Assembly: GCA_963816145.1 (NCBI GenBank) | Contig: CAWFJP010000014.1 | Span: 32,001-96,000, forward strand | Length of the DNA stretch: 64,000 bases | Direction of reading: 5' to 3' | Source of the DNA: an uncultured delta proteobacterium | Lineage (GTDB): Bacteria; Desulfobacterota; Binatia; UBA9968 | Part shown: piece by piece, positions 32,359 through 40,915 of the stretch | Layout: each line of letters opens with the position of its first letter | Position numbering within the stretch: position 1 is the first letter of the stretch | Translations under genes and position numbers: made by a program | Notes under the pieces: generated by a model | Database searches by the model: none | Told to the model about the DNA's origin: nothing | What the model saw: only the letters and a program-made list of their open reading frames with translations

Positions 32359-32541
32359 TTAGACTCTCCGGCCTTTCGAGATATCGATCGGGTTGAAGCT
32401 GGCGTGGTTGCCGTAGTAGCGCGGTTGCAGCTTGCCGGGTTCGAAGTTGGTGAATCCTTCCCGAGGAATCGGCTTCGCCAGATCTTGGTCGATGGCGCGC
32501 AGGGTGAACGCGTAGTAGTTCGGCGCTTGCAGCGATTTTAA
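32359..32541 (-). pseudogene. C-terminal remnant of an unidentified gene
   Basis: LKSLQAPNYYAFTLRAIDQDLAKPIPREGFTNFEPGKLQPRYYGNHASFNPIDISKGRRV*; host-like codon use, no start. Confidence 0.45.
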
Positions 32542-32714
32542 TTGAGCAGTACAGCATCATCTCAATAGCATCGGCGCCAGCGGGACTATCTTTAACGCTG
32601 CCGGTCCCATTCAAAAGCCCGCCGTCCACGGTTCCGCTCACTTGACCCTGGCTGGCTGGGGTCGTACAAATGCCGATCAGTATCGATATTATTTTTCTGG
32701 GAGGCGATCCGATC

Positions 32715-33815
32715 ATGGCTAGTTCTGCGGCAACCGTGAAGCTCCAGCGCGCCGGCAACGAGTTGGGCGCGAAGACCACCTATCAATTGTTTCTCGAACG
32801 CGAAGGCGTGCCCGCTTTGGGCGGCTTTCACATCGAGGACATCAATCATGTCGATTTGTCGCCCTGGCCGCGGGTGGGCGGACGGGGAGTTTATCTGAAC
32901 CTCGAAGGCTCGGAAGGGGTCAATAACTGCTATGTTTGTGAAATCGCCCCGGGCAAATCGCTCGAACCGCAGAAGCATATGTTCGAAGCGTTGATTTATG
33001 TCGTCGACGGCCACGGCGCGACGACGATTTGGCAGGATGACGGCAAGAAGCAAACTTTCGAGTGGGGCGAAGGCTCGCTATTCTCGCCGCCGCTCAATGC
33101 CTGGTATCAGCACTTCAACGGCCAGGGCGACCGGCCGGTACGGTTATTGGCGATGACCAACGCGCCGACGGTACTCAATCTTTACCACAATATCGATTTC
33201 GTCTTTGATTGCGATTATCGCTTCGCCGATCGCTACGCCGGCGAAGACGATTTCTTCAACGGCCAAGCGAAAATACCCGGCGAGGGGTTTCACGATACCA
33301 ACTTTATTCGCGACGTGCGCAGCTACGAGCTGCCCGAGCGCAACGACCGCGGCGCCGGCGGCAAGATGCTGATGATCGAGATGTCGAACAACGTCATGTC
33401 GGCGCACATCTCGCAATTCCCCGTCGGCACGTACAAGAAAGCGCACCGCCATGGCGCCGGCGCCCATGTAATTATTCTCAAAGGCGAAGGATTCTCGGTG
33501 ATGTGGAAGGAAGGCGACGATATCAAGCGCTACAACTGGCGCGCCGGCAGCTTGATGGTGCCGCCGGAGCGCTGGTTTCACCAGCATTTCAACGCCGGCG
33601 GCGAACCGGCGCGCTACCTGGCGCTGAAGCCGTTCAGCAGCCGCAAGTTTCCCGGTTTGCGCAAACAATGGGGCACATCGGAGAGCGTCAAACTCGGCGG
33701 CGATCAGATCGAGTACGAGGATGAAGATCCGCGCATTCGTGCTATGTTCGAAGAGGAACTCGGCAAGAGAGGTGTCGTTAGCCAGATGGGACCGGTGTAT
33801 AAGGCGGCAAGCTGA
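32715..33815 (+). CDS. Bicupin protein (gentisate dioxygenase-like fold)
   Basis: QKHMFE...WYQHFN and KAHRHG.GAH...WFHQHFN cupin motifs. Confidence 0.82.
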   Translation: MASSAATVKLQRAGNELGAKTTYQLFLEREGVPALGGFHIEDINHVDLSPWPRVGGRGVYLNLEGSEGVNNCYVCEIAPGKSLEPQKHMFEALIYVVDGHGATTIWQDDGKKQTFEWGEGSLFSPPLNAWYQHFNGQGDRPVRLLAMTNAPTVLNLYHNIDFVFDCDYRFADRYAGEDDFFNGQAKIPGEGFHDTNFIRDVRSYELPERNDRGAGGKMLMIEMSNNVMSAHISQFPVGTYKKAHRHGAGAHVIILKGEGFSVMWKEGDDIKRYNWRAGSLMVPPERWFHQHFNAGGEPARYLALKPFSSRKFPGLRKQWGTSESVKLGGDQIEYEDEDPRIRAMFEEELGKRGVVSQMGPVYKAAS

Positions 33816-33971
33816 GTGTGGGCGGTTTGATCGGAGTTCCCTCCAAATGCACGAAGGCCCCGGATGGGCTCTGCTCATCACAGCTAGTAGTACGAAGTTC
33901 GGGTTATCAACCCTAGGAGACCTTCGGTCCTGGGTCAGTTAGCTACTAGTCCTGCGGCAGTGAGTCGAATC

Positions 33972-34037
33972 GATTTCTCGCTTCGCTCGAAATGACAAAT
34001 TATGAGGATTCGTCATGCCGAACGAAGCGAGGAATCT
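33972..34037. repeat. GTCAT-type REP-like palindrome pair
   Basis: GATTTCTCGCTTCGCTCGAAATGAC...GTCATGCCGAACGAAGCGAGGAATCT; related half-units near 7508, 42940, 63230. Confidence 0.7.
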
Positions 34038-34109
34038 TTCCGACCAAAACCACCAGCCAAAGCCCGCCAAACTGGCGGCCGCCTGGGCAATCTTTTCCGC
34101 TGTGTCCGG

Positions 34110-34526
34110 CTAGCGACTCTGCAAGACCTGGCCGCCCATGTTGGTGATTTTGTCGACATTGATTTGCACGATAATGCCTTTGCGCTCGGGATCTTTATCC
34201 AGCTCTTCTTTGACCGTGCGCGCCATGCCTTGCTCCCAGATCGGCCCCGATTCATGCAGCACCGCGGTGCCGTGAAAGCGCCAGGCCACTTTGGTTTTGG
34301 CGTCGCGAAACAGCACGATGACTTTGGGGTTTTCTTTGAGATTCTTTAGGTGCACCCGCTTGGTGCGCTCCAAATAGGCAAGGGACTGTTTGTCGAAGAC
34401 CATCATGCTGCCCTTGTAGCCGATGTCCGGTTCGCCGTCGCCGGAGACCGTGGCGAGGATGCAGGGACAGCCGTTGGCCAATGCCGGGTCGATCAACTCT
34501 TTCATCTGGTCGAGTATTTCAATCAT
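34110..34526 (-). CDS. Pyridoxamine 5'-phosphate oxidase-like (split-barrel flavin-binding) protein
   Basis: LATVSGDGEP...NLKENPKV...RFHGTA. Confidence 0.82.
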   Translation of the reverse strand: MIEILDQMKELIDPALANGCPCILATVSGDGEPDIGYKGSMMVFDKQSLAYLERTKRVHLKNLKENPKVIVLFRDAKTKVAWRFHGTAVLHESGPIWEQGMARTVKEELDKDPERKGIIVQINVDKITNMGGQVLQSR

Positions 34527-34589
34527 GGATCACCTCCTGGAGCGCACTACTTATAAAACTATTGGCCGATCGTCAAACTGATCGGGGAG

Positions 34590-34714
34590 TATCTCTCGCA
34601 AAGACGCGAAGGTCGCAAAGTTCGGAAGGGAGTTGTTCACCACGGAGGCACGAAAGGCACGAAGTTCTAATAATAATTTTTCGAAAACCTTCGTGTGCTT
34701 CGCGTCTTCGCGGT
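34590..34714. repeat. Cluster of 9-nt-period CGCAAAG/CACGAAG repeats
   Basis: TCTCGCAAAGACGCGAAGGTCGCAAAG; CACGGAGGCACGAAAGGCACGAAG ... CTTCGTGTGCTTCGCGTCTTCGCGGT. Confidence 0.6.
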
Positions 34715-34729
34715 AAAGGAGCATTCCCA

Positions 34730-35458
34730 TCAGTCCACGACGACCAGCTTGCCGTTGTTGTGTTCGACCGTCTTGCCGGTCATCTCCATGCCGGCTTGGG
34801 CGGCGAGGACGAAGCCGTTGCCGAGGCTATCCGGAGCGGGCAGGCGCTGGCGCGCTTCTTCGGGAGCATCTTCGGTGGCGATCGCCTGCTTCGGGCTGAA
34901 GGCGACGACGCAGACGTTCCATTCGCGCTCTTCTTCAGCGATGAATTTGGTGAAGGTGCGGATCGCGTCTTTGCTGACGACGTAAGGGGACGCGCCGTGA
35001 TTTTCCGGCCGGCCACCGCCCCAGAGATTTACAATATTCCCCGAGCGCCGCTCTTCCATGAACGGCAGGACGTATTTGCTGCAAAGAAATGTCCCGCCGA
35101 GATTGGTTTGAATCACCGCGTTCCAAAAGTCGTAGCTTAGGTTGCGCACCCGCGGCCAGCGCGGGATGCCCCAATTGAAATGCGGCACGATACCGGCATC
35201 GTTGATCAGCGCGTCGATCTGGCCGAAACGGTCGGCGACTTTGTAAACCAACTGGCGCACATCTTTCTCGTCGCGCACATCGGTGGGCACGGCGAGCGCT
35301 TCGGCGTCCAACTGGTGCAGCTCGGCTACTGTTTTGTGCAACCGCTCGGCGTCGGCGTCGGCGAGCACGACTTTGGCTCCCGCTTTAGCCAGTGTATGGG
35401 CGGCGTGTCTGCCGATGCCTTTGGCGCCGCCGGTGACGATGACAACTCTTCCTTGCAT
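34730..35458 (-). CDS. SDR oxidoreductase
   Basis: TGGAKGIG, INDAG, YVVSK. Confidence 0.88.
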   Translation of the reverse strand: MQGRVVIVTGGAKGIGRHAAHTLAKAGAKVVLADADAERLHKTVAELHQLDAEALAVPTDVRDEKDVRQLVYKVADRFGQIDALINDAGIVPHFNWGIPRWPRVRNLSYDFWNAVIQTNLGGTFLCSKYVLPFMEERRSGNIVNLWGGGRPENHGASPYVVSKDAIRTFTKFIAEEEREWNVCVVAFSPKQAIATEDAPEEARQRLPAPDSLGNGFVLAAQAGMEMTGKTVEHNNGKLVVVD

Positions 35459-35552
35459 GGTAATGATCCTCCTGAAGAAATCGTGACTAAGTTGAAATTT
35501 TGCAAAATCGTGGGGATTGACCCGAAACTCGGAACACGGAACCCGAAACGGT

Positions 35553-35756
35553 TTATTTCGCCGTATCGTCCGACTTGAAGCCGTAGTCTTTGTGCGAATC
35601 GTCGCAGAACGGCCGGTTGCGCGATTGGCCGCAGCGGCAGAGGTAAAGCGGATCCAGCGCGCTTTCGACATATTCCTTGCCGTTCACGTCGATCAGCTTG
35701 GCCCCGCCGGCGACTTCGTACGGTCCGTCTTTGAGTGCCTTAACTGTGACTGCCAT
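35553..35756 (-). CDS. CDGSH iron-sulfur domain protein
   Basis: DGPY...LCRCGQSRNRPFCDDSH. Confidence 0.92.
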   Translation of the reverse strand: MAVTVKALKDGPYEVAGGAKLIDVNGKEYVESALDPLYLCRCGQSRNRPFCDDSHKDYGFKSDDTAK

Positions 35757-35930
35757 GGTTTGCCTCCTATGATTGATTCAAGTGAGTAGACTCGAACGGA
35801 TCGAAATATATCCCGCAAAGGCGCTACGGCGCAAAGGGTAAATGCCATTATCGCTTCGATAAGTGGGTGCGCATGAGCGGTACTCATGATCCCACTGGCG
35901 GCTAGCGTACCATTGTGGTACTAGGGCGCC

Positions 35931-36911
35931 ATGAAGATAAGAATTCTGGTGCTCTGTTTACTATTGGCCGGCTCAGTGCTTGATGCATCGGCTCAGGACA
36001 AAATTCGCGTCGGTCTAGGCTCCATCAGCCTGCAATCGGGCCTCGTTCATATCGGCAAGGACCGCGGCTTGTTCGCCAAGTATGGGCTCGTCACCGAGGC
36101 GATTTATATCCCGGGCGGCTCCACCAACGTTCAGGTGCTGGTTTCCGGCAATCTCGATCTGTCGCAATTGAGCGGCGCGCCTGGTGTGGCGGCCAATCTG
36201 GAAGGCGCCGATATCGTTTACTTCGCCGGGCTGCTCGACAAGTTGAACTATCAATTGATCGCCCGCTCGGACATCAAGTCCATCGAGCAATTGAAGGGCA
36301 AGAAGTTTGCCGTCAGCCGCTACGGTTCATCCGCCGACTTCGGCATGCGCGCCATGCTCAAGCGCGTCGGTATCGATCCGGTGAAGGAAGCGACGATCCT
36401 GCAGATCGGCGACGAGCCGGCGCGGATCGCCGCGATCACCTCCGGTAACGTCGACGGCACGGTGGTCAATGCGCCGTTCAGCAGCGAGGCGGAGCGATTG
36501 AAGCTCAATGTGCTCGCCGATTCGGTGAAGATGAATGTGCCGTTCTTCAACACCGGACTGCTCGGCAGCAGGCGATTCTTGGACAAGCAGGACGCCAAGG
36601 TGATGAACTTCCTGCGCGCCTATCTCGAAGCGATCAAGATACTCAAGACCGAACGCGAATATTCCGTCAAAGCGTTGGGCCAGTTCACGCGGGTCAGCAA
36701 CGTCAAAGCGCTGCAGGAAGGCTATGATTACTTCGTCAATCAACTGGCCAACGTGCCCTATCCGTCGGCGGAAGCGATGCAAGCGGTCGTCGCGCAGATC
36801 GCCGAGACCAATCCTAAAGCGCGCGGTATCGACGCCAAGAGTTATGTCAACGATAGATATCTGAAACGGTTGGAAGAAGAAGGGTTTGTGAAGAAATTAT
36901 GGGGGAAGTGA
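35931..36911 (+). CDS. ABC substrate-binding protein, NMT1/SsuA-like
   Basis: Signal peptide; GLFAKYGL, QLKGKKFAVSRYGS, RLEEEGFV. Confidence 0.87.
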   Translation: MKIRILVLCLLLAGSVLDASAQDKIRVGLGSISLQSGLVHIGKDRGLFAKYGLVTEAIYIPGGSTNVQVLVSGNLDLSQLSGAPGVAANLEGADIVYFAGLLDKLNYQLIARSDIKSIEQLKGKKFAVSRYGSSADFGMRAMLKRVGIDPVKEATILQIGDEPARIAAITSGNVDGTVVNAPFSSEAERLKLNVLADSVKMNVPFFNTGLLGSRRFLDKQDAKVMNFLRAYLEAIKILKTEREYSVKALGQFTRVSNVKALQEGYDYFVNQLANVPYPSAEAMQAVVAQIAETNPKARGIDAKSYVNDRYLKRLEEEGFVKKLWGK

Positions 36912-36930
36912 AAAGAGTTTAGAGTCTCTA

Positions 36931-37099
36931 GTGTGCCGACCCAGAATTCGCTATTCAAGTTTATCCGTCATTCCGGGCAAGCCGGCGATAGCTGGCGCGA
37001 CCCGGAATCCAGGAAAATCGCCAACCTGGATGCCGGCTTTCTCCGGCATGACGGTATGAGGCTCTCCGACTTGTTTTGCGAACTTCTGGACCATAACAC
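36931..37099. mobile_element. 169-bp MITE with internal GTCAT REP (copy 1)
   Basis: TA|GTGTGCCGACCCAGAATTCGC ... GCGAACTTCTGGACCATAACAC|CA; same length and aligned core as 40925-41093. Confidence 0.75.
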
Positions 37100-37182
37100 C
37101 AGTTGCCGGTTTCAAGTGGCGGCATCGGGGACTCGGTCGATGTTTTTGCCATGACGTAGTTCCAGACTCTCGGGAGGTTTCG

Positions 37183-38238
37183 ATGAAGACGATCAATCTT
37201 ACGGTTTTACGTTGCTTAATTGTTTTACTGACGCTTGCGCTCACCGGCGATGCGTTCGCCCAAGCTGATTTCTACAAAGGCAAGACGATCAAGATGGTCC
37301 GTGGCGGCGGTCCCGGCGGCTCGGGGGAGTTTCAGACTCGCGCGCTGGTTAAATTTCTCGAAAAATATATTCCCGGAAAGCCGCATATCATTGTTGAATT
37401 TATCGAAGGTGCGGCGGGACGAAAAGCCGCCAACGTGATTTACAGCACGACCAAGCCCGATGGACTGACTATCGGCTCCATCGGCGCCGGATTGGTCGTA
37501 GGGCCGATCCTGGGCCTACCGGGCAGCAACTACGATCTCGATAAGTTCATTTACTTGGGCTCAACCGACGGCGGCGATCCATACGTCTTCTATACTAAAG
37601 GCGAATTGGGTTTGGACAACCTTAGCAAGCTTCGCGCCGCCAGCGGTCTGAGATTCGGTGCCCATGCGGTCGGTCATCCGGTATATGTCACCGGGCGCAT
37701 TGTCGCGCATTTGCTTGGCCTCAAGGATCCCAAGTTCGTTACCGGCTTCACTGGTCCAGAAATTTACATTGCGATCACGCGCGGCGAGATCGATGCCCAC
37801 GCCACCGGAGCGGCCCGCTTTGTCATCGAGCAGCCTGAGTGGATCGAGAAAAAACAGATTCATCTTCACGCGACCCTGACGGTACCCAAAGGGCGCCATC
37901 ATCCGGCGTTCACGCGCCTGCCGGACTTCGACAGCTTTGCCAAGACCGACACCGAGCGCAAACTGCTCGACATGTTTCGCGCCTTCCAGTATCCCCGCTG
38001 GCCCTATATCTTTCCTCCTGGCACACCGAGCGACCGCGTGCAGATCATCCGCGAAGCCATGCGTAAGTCCTTCGCCGACCCGGAATTCCCCGTCGAGTTT
38101 AAAAAGCTCATGGGCGACGGCCCCGCACCGCTCAGCGGCGAAGAACTAGAGCGCGCAATCAAAGAACTGCCGCGCGACAAGGAGGTTGTGCAGCTCTATC
38201 AGAAACTCGCCGGCGCCGATCCGCTGCCGGCGCGGTGA
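37183..38238 (+). CDS. Tripartite tricarboxylate transporter substrate-binding (TctC/Bug-like) protein
   Basis: ADFYKGKTI, KPDGLTIG, FPPGTPSDRV...AM...DPEF. Confidence 0.8.
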   Translation: MKTINLTVLRCLIVLLTLALTGDAFAQADFYKGKTIKMVRGGGPGGSGEFQTRALVKFLEKYIPGKPHIIVEFIEGAAGRKAANVIYSTTKPDGLTIGSIGAGLVVGPILGLPGSNYDLDKFIYLGSTDGGDPYVFYTKGELGLDNLSKLRAASGLRFGAHAVGHPVYVTGRIVAHLLGLKDPKFVTGFTGPEIYIAITRGEIDAHATGAARFVIEQPEWIEKKQIHLHATLTVPKGRHHPAFTRLPDFDSFAKTDTERKLLDMFRAFQYPRWPYIFPPGTPSDRVQIIREAMRKSFADPEFPVEFKKLMGDGPAPLSGEELERAIKELPRDKEVVQLYQKLAGADPLPAR

Positions 38239-38675
38239 GTTGTAGAAAGTTCCAGCGGCCCCAATTAGAGTCCACCAGCTCTGTATCGATGTGGCGAAGG
38301 ATTGCGTAGGTCAGTTGAAAGATGCTGTGCGCAGGTACGTTCGGAAGGTATATTGGGACGATACTGACCGGATATATATATTTCATGTGAATGGATTTCC
38401 TTGGGACCTACGTCGGCTTGCAGCAATCATCAAAGCCAAACTTCAAGATAGCCGACCCGGTTCCGTAATTCCGATTTAAAAGGAGTTCGCGGCTGGCTGA
38501 CGAGTATTCCTTGGTGCTCAGCGTCCGAGCTGATGACTTCGATCCAGCGTCAGCCGACCCTGAGCTCTGTAAGGGAACCGGATAACTCGCGGTTTAAGAC
38601 TGATGTCAAACGCGCTGGCCTTATGGATGTAGTTTTCGATCGCCCAAGTGCTCGTAAGCAAGAAGCTTTGACTGT

Positions 38676-39491
38676 CTACTTCGCAAGAAAATCCGCCACC
38701 AACTTCGCCGTCTCCTCCGCCTTCTCCACATGGGCGCTATGTCCCGCGCCGGCGATCACTTTCAATTCACCGCTATTCGGAATCAGCTTCGCGTAGGTCT
38801 CCCCATGTGAGCGGGGGACGAAGCCGTCTTTTTCGCCCCAGATGATTAGCGTCGGCGACGTGATTCTGTGCAGGCGATTTCTGAGCGGGCGGTTGTAGAA
38901 GTACGGCGGTTTGAAGCCGATGCGCGAGCTCAGGCGGAGCATTTGATAGCGGCGCACTTCGTCTTCGATCTCGCCTTTGCCGTCGGGGAACATTTCCAGC
39001 GCATTCGCTTGATTCGCGCTGGCGAAGAGCATTTCGCGCAACGTCGCGTAGCTTTCGCCTAACTCGGGCTGGGCGTTCATGAAGATGTCGCCGATCAGCG
39101 CGCCTTCGACGAATAGGCCGGAGGCGCCGATCAAGACCAGCTTGCGAATTTTCTCCGGGTGGCGGGCGGCAAGTTCGGCGGCGATCCAGCCGCCGACGCA
39201 GTGGCCGATCAGGTCGAACTTGTCGAGCTTCAAGGCGTCGATGACTTCGAGGTAGTGAAACACCACGTCTTCGATGACGTCGATGTCTTTGTTTTCGTCG
39301 CTCTGGGCGCAGCCGGGATGGGCCGGAGCGATGACGCGGGCGCTCTTCGCCAGCTGTTCGTGGAACGGCAGCCAAGACTCTTTGACCGAGTGCACGTCGG
39401 CGAAGCCGTGCAGGTAAAGCAGCGGCGCGCCGCTGCCGGTTTCCAGGAGCCAAACTTTTCGTCCGTTAACTTCTAGGATGCGACCGCTCAT
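38676..39491 (-). CDS. Alpha/beta hydrolase with Cys at the nucleophile elbow
   Basis: YLHG, GHCVGG, WGEKD, AGHSAHVE. Confidence 0.85.
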   Translation of the reverse strand: MSGRILEVNGRKVWLLETGSGAPLLYLHGFADVHSVKESWLPFHEQLAKSARVIAPAHPGCAQSDENKDIDVIEDVVFHYLEVIDALKLDKFDLIGHCVGGWIAAELAARHPEKIRKLVLIGASGLFVEGALIGDIFMNAQPELGESYATLREMLFASANQANALEMFPDGKGEIEDEVRRYQMLRLSSRIGFKPPYFYNRPLRNRLHRITSPTLIIWGEKDGFVPRSHGETYAKLIPNSGELKVIAGAGHSAHVEKAEETAKLVADFLAK

Positions 39492-40735
39492 TACTGCACC
39501 ACCTGTGCCGATTGCTCGATGTTGATGCCGGGGAATTCATTGGTGAACTGTTTTTGCGAATCGTGGCGCAGGACCGGCGCGACTTTTTCGGCGAACAGTT
39601 TCATGTTCTTACGCGCCAGATGGTCGGGCATATTGCCGAACTGGAACTGAATCAACAGATTACCGACCTTGGCTCTTTCGATCAAAGCGCGGATACGGTT
39701 GGTCACGGTCTCTGGACTGCCGACGATGATCGATTGCGACGCTTCGAGCTCTTCCCAGTTCTCGACGTCGCCCAGGAGCTTGCGCCCCGGCTTGTAACCT
39801 TTCATGTACTCGCGCCAGGCGGCGGCGGGGATGTAGGGCACGCCGGGGCCGTAGGTTAGCTGGCGGCCTTCCTTGCGCAGATGGCCCTTCAAACAATTCT
39901 TCAAAAAATACCAGACACCTTCTTCGCACTCCTCGCGTGCCTGCAGGTCGGTCTCGGCGACGTAAACCGACATCAAAATACCAAATCTGAACGGATGATA
40001 CTTGTCGCCGTGATCCTCCAAGACCTTGGCAAACTCTTGCTGGGCGCGGTGGGTCTCACCGCCATGGCTGCGCGACGAGAGAAAATAACAGTAGCCGCGC
40101 TTGGCCACTTCGATCATCGTCGACGGGCTGCGCGAACCGGGGATCCACACCGGCGGATAGGGTTTTTGCAACGGCTTGGGCCACAGATTCACGTAGCGCA
40201 GCGGGAAGTAGCGTCCCTCATGGGTGAACGGGCCGTCGTCGGTCCAGGAGCGGACGATGAGATCGGCGGCTTCCCAGAATTTTTCCCGGGTGTTGGCCGA
40301 TGGCACGTCGTAATTAAAAGTTTCCGGCCCGCCGCCGGGGGCGAAGCCGGCGATCAAACGGCCGTTACTCATCTGATCGAGCATGGCGTATTCCTCGGCG
40401 ACGCGCATGGGATTCATATGCAGCGGCAATAAATTGCCCAATACGACGATCTTGCCGCGCGAGGTGCACTGGGTGAGCGCCGAGGCGATGAGGTTGGGCG
40501 ACGGCATCAGGCCGTAGATGTTTTGATGATGCTCGTTCAACACCATGCCGTCGAAGCCGAGCTTGTCGGCGAGGGCCAGCTGATCGATGTATTCTTGATA
40601 GAGGCCGCGCGCCTGATTGTTGTCCCACAGCTTATTGGGCACTGTCACCCAACCGCTATGTCCCGACTTGTCGAAATCTTTGTCGAGATAGGGATAAGCC
40701 ATGAAATGCCAGCAGAACAGTTGGACGGGTTGCAT
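39491..40735 (-). CDS. LLM-class (luciferase-like) flavin monooxygenase
   Basis: LGFDGMVLNEHHQ, PMRVAEEYAMLDQMSNGRL, PKPLQKPYPPVW. Confidence 0.9.
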   Translation of the reverse strand: MQPVQLFCWHFMAYPYLDKDFDKSGHSGWVTVPNKLWDNNQARGLYQEYIDQLALADKLGFDGMVLNEHHQNIYGLMPSPNLIASALTQCTSRGKIVVLGNLLPLHMNPMRVAEEYAMLDQMSNGRLIAGFAPGGGPETFNYDVPSANTREKFWEAADLIVRSWTDDGPFTHEGRYFPLRYVNLWPKPLQKPYPPVWIPGSRSPSTMIEVAKRGYCYFLSSRSHGGETHRAQQEFAKVLEDHGDKYHPFRFGILMSVYVAETDLQAREECEEGVWYFLKNCLKGHLRKEGRQLTYGPGVPYIPAAAWREYMKGYKPGRKLLGDVENWEELEASQSIIVGSPETVTNRIRALIERAKVGNLLIQFQFGNMPDHLARKNMKLFAEKVAPVLRHDSQKQFTNEFPGINIEQSAQVVQ

Positions 40736-40915
40736 CGGTCACCTCGCGGGCGCGATTATGATTCGCGGCGAAATTTTTCTGGACTATAGCGGCATCTATC
40801 GGCGCAGCGCAAATGAAAAACCGTCGCGAATTGTTTTGGTGAACGCGGCACCTGCGCGATATTGGCTCGCAAATAAGCCGGGCCACGTGTAGAATCCCCA
40901 CGGTCAGGAGCGATT

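Noticed and set aside
35459-35671. N-terminal extension of the SDR at 34730
   Set aside because: Overlaps the CDGSH gene and a heptamer tract; RBS AGGAGG precedes the ATG at 35458
38291-38479. 62-aa AT-richer ORF after the TctC-like gene
   Set aside because: No RBS or recognisable motif; could be a foreign remnant but cannot be supported
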